This document shows, one piece after another, positions 19,608-29,200 of a stretch of DNA of 64,000 bases. The notes below the pieces were generated by a model that saw only the letters and a program-made list of their open reading frames with translations, ran no database searches and was not told the origin of the DNA. Source of the stretch: a virus (taxonomy: Duplodnaviria; Caudoviricetes); IMG/VR virus record IMGVR_UViG_3300020465_001196. The stretch is one strand, 5' to 3'. Within the stretch, counting starts at the first letter, position 1; each line of letters starts with the position of its first letter. Position numbers and translations under genes: made by a program.

Positions 19608-20255
19608 TTATTGCAGTTGTACCCTGATAGTATATACTATCTCAATCACCCTATTTAAACTCTTTTGCACAGGATGAAATATAACGTGTGTTAATAGATA
19701 TTCACTTGCTATACCACTTACATTATAAGCATAAATGCCTAATTCGTCAAATATAAAATCTGTTGATGAATCTGAAGTTGCTGTATCTGAAGTAGTTTGA
19801 CTTGATGGTTCACCAAAATCAAGTGTACAAGTAATTTTTAAATCTGTGTATGAACTAGAACTTGTAACAATTGCTACATTGTTTTTAGTATCTGTTGATG
19901 GATCTTTACCAACAATTTTTTCATATGTTTTATTATATAACGCCGCTGAATCATCTTTAATATTTCCAGTGTTTGTTGCTTTGTATTTGATTTCACCAGT
20001 ATTAAGTACATCTGATCCACCATTACCAAAAGCCATATGATATATGCCGTTATCAGCTGTTTTCCAATACGACATTGCGTTTGCAATCACAAACGCCATA
20101 TTACCAAAGTGAATAGCATTTCTTTTATTAACTAACTCTTCGCCAGTTTCAGCATCACGAATTAGCAAATGACCTTGCATTTTAACTTTTGCACCTTCAT
20201 TTGGCATAGTTTCGTTTTGCTCTTTATCTGTGTTATGTTCCATACTCTTTTCCAT
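19608..20255 (-). CDS. Virion structural/baseplate protein
   Basis: VNKRNAIHFGNM, MAFGNGG, FDELG, THVIFHPVQKSLNR...YTIR; in structural operon. Confidence 0.65.
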   Translation of the reverse strand: MEKSMEHNTDKEQNETMPNEGAKVKMQGHLLIRDAETGEELVNKRNAIHFGNMAFVIANAMSYWKTADNGIYHMAFGNGGSDVLNTGEIKYKATNTGNIKDDSAALYNKTYEKIVGKDPSTDTKNNVAIVTSSSSYTDLKITCTLDFGEPSSQTTSDTATSDSSTDFIFDELGIYAYNVSGIASEYLLTHVIFHPVQKSLNRVIEIVYTIRVQLQ

Positions 20256-20269
20256 ATTAACTTAATATA

Positions 20270-20277
20270 TATTTATA
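20270..20277 (-). promoter_or_regulatory. Late promoter TATAAATA
   Basis: Exact consensus upstream of 20255. Confidence 0.7.
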
Positions 20278-20296
20278 CTTATATAATATACTCTGT

Positions 20297-23200
20297 TTAT
20301 TCATTTCGCAAGTATTTTGCTATGTCTCCAGTTGAATTTGTAGTATCAAGCACACTATATCCCGTATTGTTCCAGAATCCGTTGTTTCTAGCTCCTGGTA
20401 TATTTGTATCTCCACTGTATACCTCAGTGCTATTTGCATGAGTTAAAATTGTTGTGCCGTGCGTTCCTCGTACAATATCTAATAAATCATTACCTTGAAT
20501 TCTATGGTATTCAATTCTTTCATTGCCAACATATATTACTCCTGGCTGTCCTGAATATGTTCCAGCAGTAGTTACACCAACGTCTTTTGGTTGAGGTAAT
20601 AAACTAGCATTGGCTACACTAATTTTATTTGAGTATGGAGTAACTGCCGCGGTTAATGTTGTATGGTCTGTTGTTGAGTTTCCTCCACCACTGTCAACAA
20701 ATTTTTGTCTTAGATATTTTACAGTTCCGTATGGTTTGTAATGAATTTGGTATTGTGATAAATCACCTGTTCCTGTATAGTTTGGTGCACTACCAGAAAC
20801 ACCTTCGTATGTTTTAACAGTTATGAATAAACTTTCTTTTGGTTTTAATGGTACAAGTTCTTCTGGATTTGGATCTTTGTCTGGTCTTACAAATCCTGCT
20901 GAATCTAATTTAGATTTTACTAGCACCCATTTACCTGCATCATAATCAGTTTCAAATGTTGCTGACGCTGTGTGCGTTTCGTTTGTGTAATAAATTAATT
21001 CATCAACTAAATCCCAACGTGATTCTTGTAGTGTTGTTTCACTTGCTAAATTTTTATGTGTTACGTTTGCAACATAAACTTTGTTGTTGTGTTTTACAAT
21101 ATCACCAACTGTATAACTTGTTGATGCTGACCATGCCGTAAAGTGAGTTAAGTCTGAATATTTTACAAATGAATCTTTTGCAAAAGATGTACCTGTTTTC
21201 CATTGTAAGTTTTCATTTACAAATTTTGAATCATACCAAACTTGAGTTGCTTCATCATCATAACCAATTTCAGTATTTGTATCTAATGCTGTAGCATCCC
21301 ATCTCAAACTATCCCAAGCAAAAGTAGTTAAGTCTTTTCCAATTCTATCTCTGTTTACAACAAAGCCAATTGGTTGAACATCTAAATCTTTAAATGACGT
21401 AATTGCATTTTCTAAATTAGTTGTAAACGTACTTACTTGAGTTACGTTTGCAGTATCTACATTCGCTAACTCATTTTTAAAATAATATTTTGCTAATCGA
21501 TCAACGTGTGTTGATTCAGGTGTTGACGTTTTCACTTTGTCAATCAATGCCGCATCAGTTGGTGCAGTAGTTGGACTAAAGTTGTAAGATATTAATTTAC
21601 CTGCTTGTACATCTGTAACAAAAACTCCTGAAGTATGATTAGCAGTAACTTGCCAGTAACCACCTCTATATTTTAAAGGTGTACCTGCTGTATATGATGT
21701 TGCCGTTGCCCATGTATTAATACTGTTTGTTGAAGGTGACAACAATGTTATCTTAGAACTAACTCTATCAAATAATAATTTAGTTGTAACTTTTGGTGTA
21801 GGATTAGTTGTACCGCTACCACTATTGTTTATTGTGTAATCAGCAGTTGATGTAAAGTCACTCATTGCTAAATTCATATTTTCTCTTGCTGGTGCTTTTT
21901 TACTTAAGAAGTCTCTAATTTTTGCTTTGTAAGGTTTAACTTCTTCAATGTAAGTTTTAATATCATCAAATGGATCTTTTTCATAAGATGCTTTTTGTTT
22001 TAATGTTGTATCTTGTTGAATAACATTTATGTATGTTGTTTTAAATAACCAATCAGTATTACTTTGTTCACTTGAAATATATCTTATTAATGCAAACAAT
22101 ACATCATTTTGTTTACCAAGTTTATCACTTATGAATACATTTAATCTTAATGCTGATATATACTGTCTTAATTCATTTGCTAGTGCTGTAGAATTATCTT
22201 CTGTATATACTGTTGTTTTTAATTTAGTTGTTGCAGTTTGTAAACCAATTCTTACTAATGATAAATTGTCTGAATCAATTGACGTTGTTGTCCCTGCCAA
22301 ATAATCAGCATCAGTATATTTGTATAATGCCCATTTAGATGCGTAATCATAATTTACTTTAATTACATCGCCTTCGTTAAGGTTAGCAGTAACAATGTCT
22401 GCTTTGTAATCAACAATTTCATCAATTATAGTATTATCATTAAATGTGCTATTGTAATACCAATTTGCTTTTTCATGGTACACAGATGTTGTAACTGTAC
22501 TATCCCAATTTGAATGTTCAACGTCTAAACTAATATTAGCAGTAATGTTATTCAATGCTTGGAATAAAACTTTTCTTGCATTTTTAATATTAACAAACCA
22601 AGTTTGTCTTGGTCTTACTTTAGAACCATATCTATCATTTAAAGATATTGATGTATCAGGAACAGTATTTCCAACAATATCATATCCACAAATACTGTCA
22701 GTCATTTTATTCCAAATTTGATTTGGAATTTGTGTATCTGAATATCCTTCTCTAATTAACAACCATTGTGCGTGTGGTTTATCTGTTTTATCTTTTGTTT
22801 TTCTATTTCTATAATTAATTTGTAAAACACTATTGTCTTTAGTTAAGTTATTAACAACATTTGCAATCATAAATGAATTAGGTGATATTGGTGCAAAATA
22901 ACTTAACCCTTGTGTTAATGGTGAAGTCATTAAGTTTGAAACTGTTTGTGTATCACTTGTTCTAGAATCCATTTGAGGTACAGTTGTTTTGTTTTTAACC
23001 CAATAATAATAAGTTGTAATATTTGCATTTGTATATGGATCAGTAGTAATTTCACTTACATAATTTGTTGTTGACTTAACTGTTCCTGTTCCTAAATACG
23101 AATCTGGAAGTTGTGATGATTTAACCCATTCATAAATGTCAATTGTAGATCCTTCAAATAATCTACCCCAATGTTTTCTTCTATAATTATTGTCATGACT

Positions 23201-26200
23201 TTCATAATCAATATATCTTGTTGTTGATTGATCCCACCAAACTTGACCAACGTATTCATCAGTCCATGGATTATTAACACTAATTTGTGTTGTATCAGAA
23301 TGATTATTATATATTGCAGGATCTATTTCAGTTTTATATGTTATTTCACGATCAGCAGTTGCAGGTAATATACCTTTTATAGGATCGTAAATATTCATAC
23401 CAACATCAATTTGATGATCCCTGTCATCATACAATGATGTTTTCTTAAATTGTTTTGTATCAATTTTGTCTTTTTGTCTACGTTTTGTTTTTTCAAAATA
23501 TGCTGTTGTTGTTTGAGTTGAATCACTATAGTTTACTCCACTATGCAAAATCCATGTACCACCTGCCGCACTTACACTTGCAGGCTCACTACCACGTATT
23601 GTATTATATGAAGATATTATTGATGCGTTAGTAGTATATCTGTATACTCCCCATTTACCAGTAAAGTCATCATCTAACCAAATTAGTGCACCTTCTGTCC
23701 AAGCACTATTTGATAATCCTGTACCTGTTAAGAAGTTTGTAATTGTAGTTGAAGTACTTGTTGATACGTATGCTTTGTCAGTTGCAATACCATTGTTTAA
23801 TCTTACATCTTTCCAATCAAGTAATTTTATAACATCAAGACCAGTCTGATTATTAGTTGTAATAAATTCTGGAGTGCCGTCTGCTTGTGTAATTGAATAT
23901 TCTTTTTTAGTATAACTTAACGATAAAGACATATCCCCAGTTGTTGCTGATGATACTGAAATGTTTGCTCTAACTGTTGCATTTGAATTGTCTGTAATAT
24001 TCTGTGATGGAGTAACTGTTTTAACTCCTGCTGTATTTAAACCTGTTAATGTATATAATGTAGTTGCTGTTGATCCATCCCATTTTTCAACAACACCTGT
24101 AACTGTACCATCAAATGCTGTTGTTACATTTGCAGTAAGATTATTTAAAACGTGTATCTTACTTAAATTTGGAGATAAGTTTATAATATAATTTGCTTTA
24201 GTATCTACTACTGAAATTTTACCAGTTGCTGTACTAATAATCCCTGCACTAAATCCTTTGTTCCATAAACCTGTTGGAACTGTAATTGCAGTTATAACTC
24301 CACTAGATACAGTAATGTTTCCTGGTGATGTTAATGTTCCAACTGTTGTCCCAGCATTGTTTATAATTTTAATACTTGGAGATTGATAATTTGTACCACC
24401 ATTAATAATTGTTAAATCTTTAATTTCACCTAAACGTCCACTTGCACCATCTCCAGTAAATGTAAATGTTGCAGGTGTGTAATGCGTTCCAGAAGTTTTT
24501 GTTGTACCATCAAAAGAAACAACTGAATATCCATCTGGGGCATCTGCGTAATTATCTCCGCCACTGTTTAATGTTAATTCACTTCCACCAGTATTACCAG
24601 TTAATGCTCCAGTAAATGAAACTGTTGGAGCAGTATAACCGCTACCAGCATTAGTAATAGTAATTGCATCAACTTCTCCACTTCCATTAATTGTACAAGT
24701 TGCTGTTGCACCTTGTCCTGTTGTATCTGTAATTTTTACTTGTGGTGCTGATTGGTATCCTGTACCTGCCGCACTAATTGTTATAGCAGTAATCAATCCA
24801 TCTTTTTCTTGTCCTAATGTTGCGAATGCTGTAGCACCAGTTCCATCTCCTGTGATAGTAACAGTTGGTTGATATGTGTACCCTGCACCAGCGGCCGTTA
24901 AAGTAATACCAGTTACTTTACCTCCTGCTATTGTTGCCGTTGCTGTTGCACCTACACCGCCGCCACCGGATATATTAACAGTTGCTGAACTGTAACCTGA
25001 CCCTTGCTCTAGTACTTGTATTGATGTAATTGGAAACGTATCATTAACTGTTGCAGTTGCTTGAGCACCACTACCACCATTAATTTTATCAACAGTCATT
25101 GCCGCACCTGTGCCACCGCTACCTGTAAATGTAATTGTGTCGCCTTCTGCAAATCCGGCTCCACCACCTGAAACTGTTACTACTGTAATTGTACCATTAA
25201 TATTACCAACGGCAATGTCTGCACCTGTACCAGCAATATTTGAAAACGAAACTGTAGCAGTTGGTTCTGTTGGTGTTGTTGTTTCAAGTTTTATTTTATG
25301 TGTTCCCCAAGTTTGAGGATTATAAACAAGGTCACCATTTCCATTATAAGTTTTTTCTAATACTAAATCTTTTTCTTGTCCAATATCTGCACCAGTGCCT
25401 GTTACAGTAACAGTCATTGCCGTGTTAGCATCACCACTGGTTGAAACACGATCAATTCTAGTACTTGTATCATATAACTTATAAACATTCCAATCTTTAC
25501 CAGATAATACGTCTTTGGCTACCCATGCCGTACTACCTATTGAAACATTTTCAGATGCATTTGTATAAACGTTTGCCAATGCATTTGAATCTAATGCTTT
25601 GTACGTTGCATCATCAAAATGTACATAACCAGCTGTTGGTACTATTGACGTAACTGAAGATAATACTGGCCATAAGTTTGCCAAAGATTTTTCACCTTTT
25701 GGTTTTTTCAACCAACGTGTTGTATCATCAATATCAATAGTAATTACGTCATCAGTTTTTGAATCATAACCTGAAGTTGTTGTTCCATCTGATGGTAATA
25801 AAAATTCAAATGTTTGTGGATCACTAACAACATCATTTGCTTTTACTTGTAATTCTATTTGTTGATTAAATGCTGTTGAACCAAAGTCTCCAACTTTAAA
25901 TGCCCATTCTTCATATGTGTCAAACGTTTGATCAGTGCTTACAGTTGTTGAACGTAATAATCTGTCAATAGCATTTGTTGTACCTTTTTGTTTTATCATA
26001 CCTTGATAAAACTTAACTTGATTAGTTTTGCTAATTTTTAAGTTTGTTAAATAATCTCTTTCTTGATATCCAATTAAATGCATTGCCGCATCTCTAAAGT
26101 TAGTGCTAACTAAAGAAGCATCAACGTCATAATATAATCTACTATCTGTTACTGATTTTTCAAAGTTATTAATTAAACTTGTACCGCTAATAATATAACC

Positions 26201-29200
26201 ATCTGATTCAAGTTTACCATTCCAACCTAGTGTTTTAATTGTGCTTAATTTAATACGTGGTTGTCTTTGTGCTAAAACAGTATTGTAAATTGTATCATTA
26301 AAGATTGTTTTATTGTTTAATGTTATTGCGTGTTCTGTTTCTTTAATAGATAACCTTAATCCATATACACCAATATTTTGTTTGTGTGTAATTGTTACAA
26401 TATCATCATCACGTAAAACTTCTAATTGCTGTGCATCTAATCCAAAACCTTCTTTGTTTAGTACACTATATACACCATTATTAATATCAGTTATACCTTG
26501 TACGACACCTGTTAATGGTGCAAATCTTAATCTATCGGCACTTGGACTTAAAGTTATAAAAGTTCCTTTATCCCATTTACCTAAACTCCAGAATAAAAAT
26601 TCTTTTGCACTATAATCATAATCTTTGTTTTCACCTGCATCAGTATTAAAGTCATCAAATATCCAACCAAGGCTTTTTAAGTATTCACCATAGCCACGAA
26701 TAACATCATATACTTCTTGTCTTGTTTTATAAACTGTGCCATAACCACATTTTTTAATTTGGTTTTCATTATAATCAAAATAATGTTCAACTTCAGTGCC
26801 ACCAACTGTTGGAAGAACTTTTAGTAATTTCCATTTATTCATATCTGGTGACCTATCAGTTGTTAGTGAAACATGAGTAGTTGTTGCTTGATAATATTTT
26901 GTATCATGCTGTACAATCTCATCTCTATGATAAGTTGTTCCTGGATTATATCCAACTGGAGATATTGATTTACCACCAACACGTACTTTTTTAGATCTTC
27001 CAGATATTAAAGGTACTAATGTATTAAAGTATGGATGAACAATATCATAACCAAATAATTTATATCCACCTTCAACTGCTTGTACAACTACTCCACTATA
27101 TGATGCTTCTTGAACACTTCCACCAGTATGTAAAGTTATATTAATATCTTCGTTTGGAACTGTAATACTTGTTGCATTACTTGTTGAATCATATGCTTCT
27201 GATTCAACTTGTAGTGTAGATGCATCTATAAATCCTGCACAACGATAAGTTAAGTTTGTTTGTAAATTTCTAATTACGTTACCAAAAGATTCTGTAATAG
27301 GTTTGCCTTTGTAATTTAAATATTCAACTAAAAAGTTTTGTACACCTGCTTTATAATGAGTTATATTGCTACTATCAGTTTCAGTATGTACATAATAGTC
27401 TTTGTTATTTGATCTTTTACCTGTGCTTGAATCTATAATTTGATTGTTATCAGCATTTGATCTAGTTAATTTGTTTGAATCCCAAAGTAAGTCAACGTAT
27501 GAACCAGGTGTAGTTAAGTATAATATTTTTTGAATTGCATATTGATACGATGATGAAGTATAAAATGCATTTTCTACCGGAGCACCATCTCCAAATTCCC
27601 AATCAAGTTGTGATTCGTATTCAGTTGGGTTACTTGAAATAATACCTGCTTGTAAAGGACTTAATAAGTTTCCTGTTGTACTTACAGGTACGTATGATGC
27701 AAAACCTGGTTTTTTATAAACGTTGTCTGCATTTAAATATGAATTATCAGTGTAATTATTTCTTGAACCATCTCTAATAATACCTTGCTCAATATCATTT
27801 ATTAATTGTGTTCTTGTTGCTGTTGTTGTCCAAGAATAATAATTATCCCACCATAATGGTTTTTGAGAGAAGCCCAACATTTCCCATGGATGAGTATGTG
27901 GTCTATCTGTTCCATAATACCAACGATAAATTCCTCTCCAATGTCCTGGTAATTGATCACCATTTGCATCTTTAATTGTTGAATAATTTAATACTTTCCA
28001 ATCAACAACTACTCCGCTACTTGTATCTATTACTCCTGTTGCACCACTTGTTTCACCAGTAACTGTTTCTGAAAGTTGAAAAGAATCAACTACGTTATTA
28101 ATTGTTATTGTGTTAGTTCCAACTTTAGTAATAATACCTTCTGCACCAGATGAGCCGCCATTTACTTTTTCACCAACTTTAAATGTTCCTGACGAACTTG
28201 AAAAATTAATTACGTTTGTATAACCAGTATTTTCTTGATAGTTTACTGCATTCTCAGAAGCCCATCTTGTAAATATTGGTCTAAGTAAATTATTAAACTC
28301 TTCTCTTGTCCAACTAGTTGAATTAAAGAAGTTTGGTTGTATTTTGTTAATGTCTAACAATACAGAATAATCTCTGTTTGTAAATCTTTTATTAATTGAG
28401 TTATATATTCTTTTTTCTAATTCTAATAATGCTGTATCACGTAAGTCATTATATTTTAATACTAATGCACCATCATGACATTGTATAAAGTTTCTTGTAC
28501 CAGTTGAATACGTAATCGCATCTGATACTTCTTCTGGTCTATATACTCTTGCCGCTCCAAGTTTTGCTGGAGTAGGTGGAACCCACGTTGGTTGAATTGT
28601 TTTATAATGTCTAATAGTAATTACATCATTTACTTTTGGTTTATTATTTGCATAACCTATGAAGATAATTTTATTTCCATTAGATGAATTATTAACAATA
28701 TACTCATGATTGTATAACATTAAAACATTATTTTTGTAAACGTAAAATGCTTGGCTATCATAATCATTATCAGGATTGTATGCTGACGTAATTGCTAATC
28801 CTGGTTCTGTATTAAATATCTCTTGTGTTTCACTTCCTTGTAAAAATGTGTTTGTATTTCCCCAAGTATAATTTGTTGACGTAATAGTATGCGTTTCTGT
28901 TGTATACCTATCACCACTTGCTAACATAAACGAATTTGCAAAAGGTGTTGTAGGAAGTTTATCTATATTAATATTTTTAAGTGCTTTGTCAACTATTTGT
29001 GCTGTAGTTAATAAAGATGCATCTTGTGTTACTTGTATTTTGTTTACAGAATTTAAAAATTTTAATTGAAACTCTTGATATCTATTTTTAACATAACGTA
29101 TTGATGAAATCATATCTAAGTCATCGTTGTTAGTAAATGACATTGCTTTAAGTAATGATCCGTCGTGTTGTAATATTACTGATCCTTTACCTAAATTTTT

